DNA of 64,000 nt from Octopus vulgaris (GCA_951406725.2 OX597819.1:39804001-39868000); one strand, 5' to 3'; positions 1 through 15,989 are shown, counted from the first letter of the stretch. Translations and numbers: made by a program. The notes: a model not told the origin generated them from the sequence alone.

Positions 1-160
1 AATAACGGCAAGTTCTTTTCATCACTACTTTCACCAAAACCATTGAATCACACCCTACGGTCTTTCCTTCAATAAAAATGGATTGGATATGATCAATTCT
101 GAAACCTCTTGATCTTGATAATTCATGGTTCTACTCCATCAAGCTGACCTGGGGCCTGAA

Positions 161-208
<48 letters not shown>

Positions 209-303
209 AAAATGTATCCACACTGCAAGTGTAGTAATATTCTGCTCCACAATTGTTTCACGTTTCAGTAAGTGTCTGCTTATGATCATCCAAGTATACA
301 TAC

Positions 304-376
<73 letters not shown>

Positions 377-473
377 GAGAAACATATATATATATATGTA
401 TATATGTATATATGTATATATGTATATATGTATATATATATATATATGTATGTGTATATATATATATATATAT

Positions 474-542
<69 letters not shown>

Positions 543-580
543 CACAACACATAGATATTGTATATATGTATGTGTATATA

Positions 581-616
<36 letters not shown>

Positions 617-644
617 TGTATGTATGTATGTATGTATGTATGTA

Positions 645-780
645 CAATCACATGGTTCCGGGTTTGGTTCCACTGTGTGACACTTTGGGCAAGTGTCAAT
701 TACTATAGCCTCGGCCCAACCAAACCCTTGCGAGTGTATATGGTTCGGAAAAGTGACAGAAGTCGTCGTATATACTGTAA

Positions 781-838
<58 letters not shown>

Positions 839-1045
839 GCATGCATGTATGCATGTGTATATATATATACATTTGTGTGTATGTCTTAATATCTGTGTTT
901 GTCGATGTTGTGTTTACATCCATGTAACTTACCATTCCAGGATTTTGACAAAAATAAGTAATAGGAACGATTTCTACCACTAGAAATTCTTGAAGGCAGT
1001 GCTCCAGAATGCCTGCAGTCTAACGACTGAAACAAATAAAGGATT
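645..1045 (+). mobile_element. SINE family A (tRNA-like head, internal microsatellite), degenerate copy
   Basis: 645-770 resembles the better copies (CATGGTTCCGGG...GGGCAAGTGTC...ACTATAGCCTCGG). Tail GTGCTCCAG..GCAGTCTAACGACTGAAACAA at ~1000-1040. Confidence 0.7.
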
Positions 1046-1368
1046 ACACACGCACATATTGTTTGTCAGCTATGATACACACACCTAGTCTCGCACGCAT
1101 ACACACGCACGCACACATGCACACACGCACAAAAAGAAAAAAGCACACGCATACTCCAATAACTCACTGTGTATTTTTAACTCAGAATAGTCACAATCTC
1201 TATTTTTATGGTATTTGTAAGAGAAGGCTTGGCGGTTAATTAACAGGAGTAATTAGAATGAATATGGTGCAACCGCAACTAAATCCTATTTATAAAAATG
1301 GGAACGAAAATAAAAACAAGAACTAAATCAAAAACAACATTTATTTATTTATGTATTTATTTATTTAA

Positions 1369-1412
<44 letters not shown>

Positions 1413-1419
1413 CATTATT

Positions 1420-1547
<128 letters not shown>

Positions 1548-1584
1548 TATTATTATTATTATCATTATTATTATTATTATTATT

Positions 1585-1993
1585 AGTTAGGGGTTATGCT
1601 GGCAGAGCCGTTAGCACGCTGGCAAAATGCTTGGCGGCATTTCGTTCTTTCTTACGTTGAGCACGAATTCAGCGAAGATCGATTTTGCCTTTCATCCTTT
1701 CGTGGATCGATGAAATAAGTACCAATTAAACACTGGGGTTGATGTAATCGACAAACTGTCAAGCCTTGTGCCTATAGTAGAAAAGATCATCGTCATCGTA
1801 ATTATTAAAAGCGGGGCAAAATACTTCGCGACACTTCGTTTGTCTTTATGTTCTGAATTTAAATTCCGTCGAGGTCGACTTTGCCTTTTATCGTTTCGAG
1901 GTTAATAAAATGAGTACCAGTTGAACACTGGGGTCAATGTAATCAACTTATCCCTTACCCCGAACTTGCTGGCCATCTGCCAAAATTTTATCG

Positions 1994-2067
<74 letters not shown>

Positions 2068-2127
2068 GTTATTATTATTATTATTGTTATTATTATTATC
2101 ATTATTATTATTATTATTATTATTGTA

Positions 2128-2159
<32 letters not shown>

Positions 2160-2370
2160 CATCTTTATTTTTATTATTAATACCTTAACTATTATTAATA
2201 TTACAACTGTTATTACTGTCACCGTAAAAATTGTGAGCAGATAGAATTGTCAGTGCGTCGAACTAAATGCTAAGCACCATTTATTTTGGTTCTTTGCATT
2301 CAAAATTCAAAAAGAAATCCGTTCCTTCCTCAAATTTTCAGGCTTTGTGTTTATGCTTATAGTAGAAAAT
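1585..2370 (+). mobile_element. Three degenerate SINE family B copies (1585-1790, 1810-1975, ~2235-2370) among (ATT)n/(ATC)n tracts
   Basis: First two share the core GTCGACTTTGCCTTT.ATC.TTTCG..G..ATAAAAT.AGTACCAGTT..ACACTGGGGT with copies at 26916 and 34487; the third is more decayed. The core resembles the Meta-type SINE central domain (from memory). Confidence 0.75.
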
Positions 2371-2750
2371 TATCATTACTACCATTACAATAAAAAAAAA
2401 ATTACGTAGTTTTAAACGAAGTTTCAAGTTTCACCCAGAGATCTACCATGTTGGACACTTTACCAAGCGTTATTTATGATTAGCAGCGATAAATCTTAAA
2501 TGGAAGGGAACAGCTTCTGAGAACAAAGATTCTGTTAAATTAGTAATTATTTTATTTTGAAAGACTTTTTCAAAGTGACAATGTTTTTCTTAGGATGTGG
2601 ACACTAGACATGGGAACAATTTTTTGTAGATCTGGCATTTTTAGGTTTCCTGATTTTCGGTTACAGTGTTTAAGAGTACCATTTGGTATTATCCGCAAAG
2701 CTCCAATAGCCAGATGCAGTAGTTGTCCTTAGATGCCTCATTTTCAGTCC

Positions 2751-2806
<56 letters not shown>

Positions 2807-2819
2807 CATTATTATTATT

Positions 2820-2872
<53 letters not shown>

Positions 2873-2929
2873 TATAAATAAAAAATATAACAACAAAAAG
2901 CAACAAATAAGAGTATATGTTAGTGCGTA

Positions 2930-2974
<45 letters not shown>

Positions 2975-3160
2975 TCGCCATGATAGATCGTTAGCCACTA
3001 CACACATATTTTTCTCTCCTTGTTTTCTGTGTCCCTTTCTGTAGAAGAGCGTAGACTCGAAACGTAAAAGACTTTTTCTATTCCTGAGCGTTATACTAAT
3101 ACATCTGTTTGTTTTGTACACCACCTGTCTTCGACTTTTGTTTTTTCGTAAAGTCTCCAT
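2975..3160 (+). mobile_element. ~190-bp (TA)n-embedded element with a hammerhead-like motif, family H1 copy 1
   Basis: Near-identical to the reverse complements of 25992-26175 and 35571-35763. Contains CTTT-CTGTAGA-A-GAGCGTAGACTC-GAAACGT-A-AAAG at 3035-3070. Confidence 0.8.
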
Positions 3161-3397
3161 ATATATATATATGTGTATATATATGTATATATATATATAT
3201 ATATTTACACACAGATACATATACATATAGATCTGCATACTCACACACTCGCACACACACACACGCACACACACACGCACGCACACACGCACACACACAT
3301 GCTATAATTTAGAACAAACAGTAAAAAGTTGTCATTATAGTACTCAGAGTTTCGAATGCCGGAGCAAGTATCGAGGTTTTTATTTTTTTGTTGTAAC

Positions 3398-3478
<81 letters not shown>

Positions 3479-4538
3479 CTTTTAAATGTGCTTACGGGAA
3501 AACTTTTTGAAAATGCAAATAAAGCTCCTATTTCATTATGCCGGCCACAGTCTAATGATGTTGACTGGTTAAACGGTTTTGCGGGATGGATCGAGCTGTA
3601 CCGATATAATATAGGATAAATATAAAATGATAATAACAATAATCCTTGGATAGAATTTATAAATATTTCAACACATCGCTACGCCCATTTCCATAAGTCA
3701 CATGTCTCTCAAGATTACAGTCAGGATTATTGGAAAGATTACAGTTTAGTCCGTAGTATCCGTGGGCGCTGGGTAGATGGTCTTCCTGGTTTCATTTCTT
3801 CAGGCGATTTAGCATTAATGGATGTTTACTAGAGGAATGTTTATCCTTTTGACCAATGCAAAATTTGGTTGAATTATGTGGGCATTTCTGTGTGTATTTG
3901 GTGGGGAGGAGGGGAAAGAGAGAGAAATAGAGGAAGGAATGGTAGTTATATGGGGAAGGTGTGTGTGTGTGGTGATGTTGGACTTTGTTTGCTGTTCAGT
4001 CTGCAAATGTCAAGGATGGGTCATACATTCCTATGTTCGAGTTCATCTAAGGCATGACTATCTACAATGAATTCTGGAGTAAACAGGTCAGCCGGTATAT
4101 CCACTACAGCCATCAGACAATGAACTGCTACCGCTGTGTATGTGCGCGCGTGTGTATGTGTGTTTTCGAATGGTTGGGAAGTTCGCTTCACAATCAATAG
4201 GTACTGGCTTTGATCGTTCTACATGTCATCGTGAGCAAGTGTGCATTGCCATAGCTCCTCGAGATCTTAAACGTTGTGAATGGAAAGAATGTAGATAGAA
4301 ACTGAGCGGAAACCTTTCGTATAGATTGTATAATTAATCTAAAGATCCAGTCTTGGCATGCACACACTCACACACACACACACACACACACACTGTGACA
4401 CACTGATTCTGCTTGATAGTTACGTTAAGCGTGAACACGTTCGTGAAATACTCAGCCACTTATACGCTAATTCAAGGAGCAGATAATTCAGTTGAGCGTA
4501 CAATTGTATCCTCATCGTAGGAACCGAAAGGGATGTAG

Positions 4539-4718
<180 letters not shown>

Positions 4719-5449
4719 CTATCAATCAATTAATTCATTTCAATCATACTAATACAAAAGCTGTGTTTTCCTAATTCATCAGAAATAAGTTTTTTAGACC
4801 AGCGACGATGCTGTGATTGACATAAAGCATAACATCCCTCGTGATTTGGATAAACATAGTTTTTAAGTTAAGCCAGTTTAATTACGTATCACACTTATAT
4901 AATGTTTATCTTATTGAAACAGCTGTTGAACAGAAAGTATGAACTGTATGTTTTAACCAATTTTGCATATGCATACAGGTTGATCCCACTTAGTTATTTC
5001 TGTAATGTAATAACATGTTGGAGTTTTAATGGCCTGTTATTAATTGGGCGCTTAAATACCGTAGATTTTTTTTGCTTGTACATCAAAATTCTCTGTAGGG
5101 ACACACACACAAACGCGCGCACACACATGCACACGCACACACACGCAGACACACACGCACATGCACAGTACACACACACACGCACATTTACAGTACACAC
5201 ACACACACACACGCGCACAGTACACACACACACACACACACACACACATGCACATGCATACACGCACACTCAAGCGTGCATGATGTAGAAAAGCCAGTTG
5301 CGAAAAAGGAAATCTGAAACAACTCTCCGCTCAATATCAAAAGGAACCGAGAAAATCATTAACCAATTACTACTAGATGAAGTGAAAAATTTTTTTTTTT
5401 AATTGTACTATCTGTGTAGACCTCTATCAAGACGTCCCCTCACTCAATC

Positions 5450-7430
5450 ATTGATAAGTTGCTTGCACTGAGATTCCACTTACGAAACTCATCATTAAAA
5501 ATAATCGAAATATTTGTGAGGAAGACAATATCCGTAAGTATCTCAGGAAACAATGATATCTTATAGAAGATTTACAAAAACTACCGTGGCGTCCTGAGAG
5601 TGTTTGAATCCATTGCAGCGAACATGGAATAAAGTATCCGCAATACAGAATTTGTGATGCTTAACAGAGAGTTTACAAGTACCAAAGGAGGATAGGCACT
5701 GTCATCTGATATCCCTTCTCGATGTAAACCTTAAGGTTTCTACTGGGTGTTGGCATGAAAGTCTCTAGCTCTGAATGAACTTGTAGAAAAATTAGTTCAA
5801 AAAGACAGCGTCCAAGGATTCCCAGGTTACCTTAAGCATGATCAGCTGATTTGTGTGTTTGAATTTTTAATATGGTGCCTTGGATCAATATTAATGCTAT
5901 TTACTACTAAAGAATCCACAACCACCTGACAGGCACTGGAGATGGACATCATGATGGGATGTACCATTTCTCTAACCGTCTGTATGGCCGTGGAGTTATT
6001 TATGTGAGGTACAAGAAACAACTCGAAAGGAATGAAAATCACGTAATATCTAAAACTACAGATACCATTGCTTGCTTTTGTAAATGGCATTTCCACCATC
6101 AGGAAAAAAAAGGAAAAGAACAGAAAATCTTCCAACCCAACTGGATGACCTATAATGTTTATCTATAACGCTGAATTGGAGGGTTAGGTTAAGGAATTTC
6201 CTTTTGAAATTGGAGAGGGACTAATTCCAACGACGCGGGGAAGGTAATAAGAATTCTTGTGAAAGAGTACTGGGCTAAATTCCGAAATTAACCCTTGATA
6301 GCATTTAAAATAGAATTTCTACTCAAGGATTGTTATTGCTGACTACGATTTAGCAAGGGTGTTTAAGCCCTTTTGTCGAGGTTCTTATGGCTATTCTAAG
6401 AGCAGAAAATACTATTAATTAGAGTGGATAGAATAGAAACGTGTTCTAACAAGTACCTAAAAGAGAAGCCTGATCATCTACCATGCTTTACAGAAATTGA
6501 ACTATCAAAACAGAACTGCCTCTAACATCACTGGTGGATGAAGTGAAAATAGCAACAGCCCGCTAATGCATGATTCTAAGGAATTCGGTGTAAACCATTT
6601 TTGTGCAACTCAGCCAATAGTAAAACAGGAAGGAATTAGGGCGTGGGAATGTTTGTTGTAGTGACAGAAGCCACCCGGAAAATAAAATGTGACGGATGTG
6701 AATCAGCCCACATGGGCTGGACTGAACTAGGACGGACGCGGAACACATGAATGTCTCGCCAGAATAATGGATACAGGTGCGATATTGTGACTAAAGAATT
6801 TCATCTTATTGGAAAGAAGGGACACATGACATATGCAGCAGGATTACGAAGACAATGCGCATAAGTATGAGATACAGATAAGTAAAGGAAAGTATTGTGG
6901 AACATGGCGTAGAAAATATAACCAACTAATAATTGCGATTCTGCATGAGAGTGGTGGATGACCAATGTTAAACGGTGAGGCTAGAGTAACACTGCGCATT
7001 GCCATTGGTATGGAGGTTATAATTTGTTGGAGCTTAGCCCATGGCTGGCGACATAACAAAATCTCGAATACCTTTGGTGATGCTCTAAAACACAGAAAAA
7101 TCATTAGCAACAATAAAATGAGAAGCAATACCAAGTTTATTCCCGTTGTTTTCCACAAGAAGGGCGAGTACCGACAATTTAAGAGAGTAAACAAAAGAAA
7201 ACCGATATTCAGTTTTATTGAAGGATTTGAAGGATTTGAAGGAAGTGCTCGTGTTCCCAGTGTATGTTGCAGTAACGTCCTCAAATTATGATATAGACAG
7301 ACTTTACAAACAAAAAAGGCTTCGATATTGAGTTGATGACGATGTGGGTGGATAATATGAAGCAGACACAAAAAAAGAGTTGGGGAGGTACTAAAATATG
7401 CACTAGGGGCTTCGTATATGAGGTTGGCTA
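5450..7430 (+). pseudogene. Highly decayed HERO-like RLE non-LTR retrotransposon
   Basis: Broken-frame motifs FTTKESTTT*QALEMDIMMGCTISL (~5900-5975, RT), PLTSLVDEVKIATAR (~6520-6565) and WRHNKI (~7046, before the RLE domain). Many stops and frameshifts. Confidence 0.65.
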
Positions 7431-7463
7431 TATATGCATATATATTTATACCCATTCTCTTAT

Positions 7464-7549
<86 letters not shown>

Positions 7550-7585
7550 CCTATCTATATCTCTGTGTGTGTATGTATGTATATA

Positions 7586-7629
<44 letters not shown>

Positions 7630-7943
7630 TGTGTGCGTACGTGTGTGTGTTTACGACATTTTGCAAACAAAGAGCGCCGATAGTAGTCTATACACGGTAT
7701 AGTGTATATAAACGGATATATTTAAATTGAAATGTTCATTGCGATTCGAGTGCCAAGTTCCTCTGCAAAAGAGGGCAACGGAAAAAAGGAGCGAATCACA
7801 CTTTACAATAAATACATACATACACACAAGTACGTGCACGTATGCGTGTGTGCATGAGTGTAACTATTAATTGTGCTTGTATGCGTGTCTACATATACAT
7901 ATATATATATGTGTGTGTGTATGTATATATGTATATATATATA

Positions 7944-8003
<60 letters not shown>

Positions 8004-8031
8004 CACACTCACACATACACATACATATATA

Positions 8032-8097
<66 letters not shown>

Positions 8098-8108
8098 CAT
8101 ATATATAC

Positions 8109-8141
<33 letters not shown>

Positions 8142-8339
8142 TGTATGTATGTATGTATGTACATATATCAATTCGCTTTGCAAGATTCCTGATGTGAAAT
8201 CATGTGTTGAAACAGATATTGTGGAATTTCGGGATGGTCATTATATTTATTTATTGATATTATTTTTTTGTACCAAATAAACACACGCACTGTATATATT
8301 TTTTTTCTTCACTCGTTTATTACTGTTATTTTATTATTT

Positions 8340-8528
8340 TAACTCCTGTCCATTGTCCGGAAATCTTTCGTCACACATATGTGACATCTTCAGCGACACT
8401 TTTCGTTTCCTTGTGTGTTCTTGCCCCACTTGCTCCAAGTGGAACAAGAAAACACACGGAAATGAAAAGTGTCGCTAAAGAGGTCACAGATGTGTGACGA
8501 AAGATTTCCGGACAATGGACGAGAGTTA
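8340..8528. mobile_element. Fold-back element with a hammerhead motif in each arm
   Basis: The two halves are imperfect reverse complements. Minus strand of the left arm reads TGTCG-CTGAAGA-T-GTCACA(TATG)TGTGAC-GAAAGATTTC-CGGACA; the right arm has CTAAAGA. Confidence 0.75.
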
Positions 8529-8587
8529 TATATAGAGAGAGAAAGATAGACAGACAGACACACACACACACAGACAGACAGACACAC

Positions 8588-8671
<84 letters not shown>

Positions 8672-8952
8672 TCGTATATAGTTGAAATTTACAGAAAGGT
8701 AAAAGACGAAGACAGGTGTATAAACAACAAACAGGTATTTATTCGTATATATTAATCTAGGAAAACTTACGATAAAAGTTATATTATTAGTTCCTACGAA
8801 TAGCTTCCCATTCTGGATGCATGGGGCGTTCAAAGGTGTCCAAAGTGCATAAGGATGCTTCATCAGAACGAATCATCAAAGACAGTTTATCGCATTAAGT
8901 TAAAGAAAACTCACACACACATACACACACACACATATATATATATGTATGC

Positions 8953-9028
<76 letters not shown>

Positions 9029-9611
9029 ATATGTATGTATGTATTTATGTATGTGTGTGTGTATGTACATATGTATATATGTATATGCATATATATATGT
9101 GCATTTGTAGATATATATATGCATTGCTAGGATGATCCGGTTATTGACTGAAGATTAGAGGCTTCGAATGACCCGTCCGTTTTTTGTGTCGTCTATTTGA
9201 GTGTTTTGTGTTCTTGTCCCATTTTGTATTTTTATATATATATTTTTATACATATATATATATACACGCACACATTTTTGTTTGTTTTGTTTTTTTCATC
9301 TTACTTTCAGCACAAAACCACTAATTTGGGGAGAAGGGATTAGAAAGTTACATCGATCCAATATTTGAGCTGTACAGTATCTTATATTGATAAGATACTG
9401 AGGGTTGGAAGGGACGGTTGACCTTGCCGGGATTTGGACTCACGTCGGACAGACCTCGATTTCGGACGTTTAGTCGAACTGCCAACGCACACATTACACA
9501 TACACATAGGCGTGTGTAAGTCTCTATTCATATGTATATATGCTTAAAATATATCATATGTTAGATATAGATACTCCTTCACACACTTATATACATACAC
9601 CCATACATATA

Positions 9612-9729
<118 letters not shown>

Positions 9730-9788
9730 TTATATATATGTATACATATATATATACATATACATATATATATATATATATATACAAG

Positions 9789-9822
<34 letters not shown>

Positions 9823-10157
9823 GTTGTTTAATGTTAACAGTATATAATCATGGGCTACTAATAGTTTCATACATCGAAGATGTTACCCAAGCACGTTTTA
9901 AAACACGGCTAATGTCTTGAAGTAATTTTCGGACTATGAGCCCGAAGATATACTATATAAATATGTATATATATTGGAATTGTAGGAGAATCTGCTTAGT
10001 ATAATTGACGCTAATATTATCAAACGATTGTTGTACTCAAAATTTCTTCGTACCAAACTCGCTTAATATATGTAATTTTTGGCTTGATGTTATCAATCGG
10101 ATATTGTTATCTAAAGCTCTTCACTCTACAGTAATCAAAAGTGATTTCCATTGTATT

Positions 10158-10214
<57 letters not shown>

Positions 10215-10242
10215 ACTACACACGAACACATGCGTACATATT

Positions 10243-10297
<55 letters not shown>

Positions 10298-10364
10298 CAA
10301 AACTGGGAGAAAGGAAAAGTGGGACGAAACGACGAATCGAATCGACCCTGATATATATATATTT

Positions 10365-10580
10365 CTTTACTGCCCACAAGGGGCTAAACAAGGACAGACA
10401 AAGGGATTAAGTCGATTACATCGACTCCAGTTCGAAACTGGTACTTTATTTATCGACCCCGAAAGGATGTTAGGCAAAGTCGACCTCGGCGGAATTTGAA
10501 CTCAGAACGTTACGACAGCTGAAATACCACTAAGCATTTCGCACGGCACGCTAAAGTTTCTGCCAACTCGCCGCCTTTTA
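10365..10580 (-). mobile_element. SINE family B
   Basis: Reverse complement of the AAGGCGGCGAG.TGGCAGAA...GCCGAGGTCGACTTTGCC family. A more decayed minus-strand copy lies at ~9320-9490. Confidence 0.85.
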
Positions 10581-10612
10581 TGTGTATATGTGTGTGTATG
10601 TGTATACGTGCA

Positions 10613-10667
<55 letters not shown>

Positions 10668-10901
10668 GTATACACATACACACGCATATACATATACGCG
10701 CGCGAGCGTAAAGTTTCCCTGTTGCTTTTTACCAAATTACCAATCGTGGGGAATCCTCGCTTTGCTTTTGTTTATGCTTTTGTATGTGTTGTTTTTTAGT
10801 AAGAAGGTAATTGCTTCCGTAAAGAAAATTATTCAAAGAATTAATTTAGTAAAGCAACATACAGGTGCTAATATAGATATCATATACACATTCATACAAG
10901 C

Positions 10902-10978
<77 letters not shown>

Positions 10979-10986
10979 GTATTATA

Positions 10987-11038
<52 letters not shown>

Positions 11039-11347
11039 TGCAAATACACGCACAAACATATATATGTATGCATAAATATATCTATATATACATGCATATA
11101 CACATACATACAAAATTTTTGCACACCTATCTATATTTCAGTAATGGTCTCAGTGATGGTGTTTCGATTCTTAATTCGAAACCAGCTTCCACATTATGGA
11201 AGCTGGTTCTGTGTGTAAAAGGGGGACAGAATTCAAAATTTGGTTCGAAATATATCGAGGCCTCAGTTTAGGGAACATCAGGGCATTCTCCCATCAATGC
11301 ATTCAGGCGAACACATCAAATAGATTAAGTACATTAGATAGATAGAT

Positions 11348-11390
<43 letters not shown>

Positions 11391-11469
11391 GAAACAGACA
11401 GACAGGGAAACAGACAGACAGAGAAACAGACAGACAGATAGATTGATAGATTGATAGATAGATAGATAA

Positions 11470-11552
<83 letters not shown>

Positions 11553-12163
11553 TAAATATGCTCGCATATACAAACACACGCCTGTATATATGTGTATATA
11601 TGTACACAAGCTACACATGCGCACACACGTACAAACGTACTTGGACACTTTAATCTGCACTCGCACATACATACATATATACATACATACATACATACAT
11701 GCATGCATGCATACATACATACATACATACATACATACATACATACATACATACATACATACATACATACATACATACATACATACATCATTAATACATA
11801 CATACATACATATATAGTACGTACTTACATGTATACTCGTACGTAGAGACAAATATATATATTCATGTTTTTCATATTTATTGCCCGCCTTCTCTACTTG
11901 CATTTTCACTATGTACGAGTGGCTAAATGTTTGTATTGTAGGAAAATTTATTTTAATACTTGCGTGCACTCAAAACACGCACGCACAAAATAATAAATTA
12001 ATACATACATATATACATAAATAAATAAATAAAAAAAAATATATATATATATGCAGAGGTATATATATGCATACATATATATATATATATGTATATACAT
12101 GCATACATACATACATACATACATACATGCATGCATACATACATACATACATACATACATACA

Positions 12164-12197
<34 letters not shown>

Positions 12198-12737
12198 CAT
12201 ATATATATATTTAGGGAGAGAGAGAAAGAGAAAGAGGAGAGGGTTAAATAAAAAGACTAGAAGATACATATATAGATGATAGATGGATAGATAGATAGAT
12301 TTATAGATAGATATAAGGAGGTAGGTAGGTAGGTAGGTAGGTAGGTAGGTAGGTAGGTAGGTGGGTGGGTATGTAGGTAGGTAAATTGGCATGTAAATAT
12401 CAACATAGGTACATCATGAATGTATGTATTTATTATATGCATATATAAATATTTATGTTTACTTTGTATAAACTCATAAATATATCCTTACATCTATGCA
12501 TATATAAAAGCGTGTAAATATGTGCATATTTGTATATGCATTATATATATATTTATATATATATATATATGTTTATGTATATATGTTTACATCATATATG
12601 CATACACAAATCTAGCTGTTTTTCTGTAAATATTCATTCATACACATTATATATACATAATATATATATATATATATATATGCGTTCATAATATAACATA
12701 GCATAATAAAGAAAAACAAGAAACTGTATATCCTTAC

Positions 12738-12784
12738 CTCTCCAAATCCAAGAAAACCAACTCCTCCACGGGACTCGGGCCCAT
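12738..12784 (-). CDS. Candidate first coding segment of a host gene (MGPSPVEELVFLDLE + AG, phase-2 donor); product not recognised
   Basis: Unique GC-richer island. Minus strand reads ACAAG-ATG-G (purine at -3, G at +4), has an in-frame TAA 7 codons upstream, and ends GAG|GTAAGG at 12738/12737. Confidence 0.5.
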
Positions 12785-12850
12785 CTTGTAATCCGTCTTA
12801 CATTAGTTCCGTAAACAAAGTAAAATGTTTTTGAATATCAACATACATAG

Positions 12851-12891
<41 letters not shown>

Positions 12892-12895
12892 TGTG

Positions 12896-12935
<40 letters not shown>

Positions 12936-13092
12936 CTATGTATATATACGTATCTTCAAAGCCAGCCGTGTATCTATCTCCATGCAATTATTCCTTTATA
13001 AGGCGAAAGTGTTTCACAATTGTAATTTATTGCTGTTGTTGTTGTTGTTGGCGGTGGTGGTTGTGGTAGTGGTGGTAGTGGTGGTGATGATG

Positions 13093-13135
<43 letters not shown>

Positions 13136-13404
13136 CAGCAGCAGCAGCAGCGCTTAATTATATCTATAATTAGCAATAATATATAAATCTATTACTTTTA
13201 CGATTTATTTCCGTTTATTTTTTTTGTTTTTACGTTAATTTTTATTTCTATTTATTTTAAGCATTTCTATTTATCTTTTGAAGGGGGACGCTGTGTTATG
13301 TTTTGGCTTGTCCGATTAACATATATATATGTATGTATGTATAATATACGTATATCTGTACATGTATGTATGTGTATGTGTGTATGTATGTGTGTGTGTG
13401 TATG

Positions 13405-13504
<100 letters not shown>

Positions 13505-14118
13505 TGGAAAGAGGGATTTTGTATGAGTCAAATGAATGTGAATTTGAATCTTTAAAATAAAAGATTGTTTATGTGTATATATTTATAATCATAGATATAT
13601 AAATATATTTGAATATACATATACTCATATATGTACAGATATATATGTATATGCGTAATATGCATATATATATACATGCACACAGAAGTGAGTGTATGTA
13701 TAAATATATATGTGTGTATATTTATTTTATGTGTGCATGTGTGATAATACCATTTTCTGTCAGCCCTACAATCTTTATGTCTCTCTCTCATTATATATTT
13801 ATATATTTCTGAAGGAAGATTTTGTTTGTATGTAGGCGGGTGATAAAGTTGTTAATTGTTCGACTTAAGATTTTAATTTTAACATGCTGACCCGGCTTGC
13901 ATTTAATTAAGTATAGAGTTCCTTGTTCTATTTGAAGATGTTAAAAGAATTAATCTTTTTACTGGATTTATATATCTATGTATTATTCTGTCTGTTCAAC
14001 CTTTATCTCGATATATCTTTTCCTCTTTTTCTGTACCTACCTACGTTCGTCTGCACAGGTTCACATACACCCACAAACACATGCTCACAAACACACTGGA
14101 ATACACACACATACATAA

Positions 14119-14168
<50 letters not shown>

Positions 14169-14494
14169 TCCTACACAAACACACTCACTCAAATACACAC
14201 ATTCGCACGCACATAGTAACACACAAGCACACACGCTCACACCTCTTGAACTGATGAGAGCAAACTCTCGCTTATCCGATGTCGTTCATTTCTTTGTGAT
14301 TTCGGAGAAAGTACCACAAGCTATGTCTTTCTTCTGCAAGAAACTCTGGCATTACTCCAAGATATCTTAAGATCACTCCAGCACGGAGTATCTTTAAACT
14401 ATCTAATTTCTCTCTATTTTGACATGTATGTATGTATGTATGTATGTATGTATGTATGTATGTATGTATGTATGTATGTATGTATGTATATAAG

Positions 14495-14553
<59 letters not shown>

Positions 14554-14895
14554 GCTTATATATATAACTGATATTTGCTTGTATATCTTCCTGTGTATTA
14601 TACGGATAGGTATATCAAAAGTGTATGTATGTCTGTATCTATGTTGTATAAGACTTATAATATACACACGTGGATGCAGGCGGATACGAAAATGACACAG
14701 TAGCAGACATCCAATCTACATGAAAACAATGATTTAACTTTCTCGTCGTACAGGAATTTCAGAGTTTAAACTTCATGGTTCGAATCTCCACTCTGCTTTG
14801 GTTGGTTGGTTGGTCGGCATTGTTTGTTTATATAGTAAATATTTTTGTTGTTTTACTACTACTACTGCAACGAAATCCGTCGTTGCTATCATTCA

Positions 14896-14935
<40 letters not shown>

Positions 14936-15436
14936 GGTGGTGGTGGTGGTGGTGGTAGGATGGGTTGGCAGTGGCGGTGGCAGTGGTACTCCTCTTGTCG
15001 TTCGGTCGTCTTACTTGCGTTTATGCTACAGCTGTAGTGTTGTAACAGTCACAGTTCCTGTTGATGCTACCGCTGCTGCCGGTGCTGCTGTCTTTGTTGC
15101 TGCTGCTGCTGCTGCCGCTGCTGATGCAATTGTGGTTATCCCTCTCAATGCGAGTTTTTTTTGTATTTTTTTTATTTTAGTTATTCTTATTTTGATTTAT
15201 ATATTTTTAGCTATTACCATTGTTGTTGCTTTTGTGGGTGATTTTACTCAACGGAGAATAACCAGGCAATTGTGACTGCGTTATATTTATATATATATAT
15301 ATATATCTACACATATACATATATATATATATATATAAACCCATATATATATATACACAGATACACACACACACACTCACAAGCACACTCTCACACACAC
15401 AAAATTGTCTCTATATAGATATACAACTGTATATCT

Positions 15437-15483
<47 letters not shown>

Positions 15484-15856
15484 TATTTATTAATGTATAT
15501 ATATATATATATATATATATGCGCACGCGCGTGTATATGTGTATATGTATGTATGTATCTATGTAGACGCTACAAGATAGATTAGTCCTGGTACATGTTC
15601 CAGAGGATGTTTGCGACGGATTTTTGTGGTAATTTTCCTAGGAATTCTTTCAAATTATATTCGTAAATAAAATATATTTTATCTTTTTGTTTTATTTTAT
15701 ACTTTGTCGTCGGGTTTTTTCTTTTGTTTTCGTGATTTAATAATATTCCATGTTTTTCTCTTTTTTTCATATTTCTTTCATTTTATTTTAGTTTTTGTGT
15801 TTTCTTGTTGTTTTTTTTTTGTGGGGGGTAGTTTCCGTTGGTTCTGCACTTGAAAC

Positions 15857-15890
15857 CTAAAAAAGTTAGAAAAAGAAGAAGAAAAAAACC
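15857..15890 (-). promoter_or_regulatory. Strong 3' splice acceptor; exon starts at 15856
   Basis: Minus strand TTTTTTTCTTCTTCTTTTTCTAACTTTTTTAG|GTTTCAAG: pyrimidine tract, CTAAC and TAG|G. Confidence 0.5.
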
Positions 15891-15958
15891 ATGAAAGAAG
15901 ACAATATTACACATTGATGATTATATACCTACATTTATAAACATGCATAGGCACGCAC

Positions 15959-15989
<31 letters not shown>

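Noticed and set aside
8181-8230. ATTC-CTGATGT...GAAAC...GTG-GAAT hammerhead-like string
   Set aside because: A9 is missing, stem II does not pair and the triplet ends in G; too degenerate to call.
14250-14300. CTGATGAG-AGCAAACTC as a hammerhead
   Set aside because: The small stem is not followed by GAAA, and there is no stem I or III.
14775-15275. 166-aa hydrophobic ORF resembling a membrane protein
   Set aside because: Hydrophobic runs come from (GTA)n, (GTG)n, (GCT)n and T-rich tracts; better read as the antisense of a repeat-rich leader.
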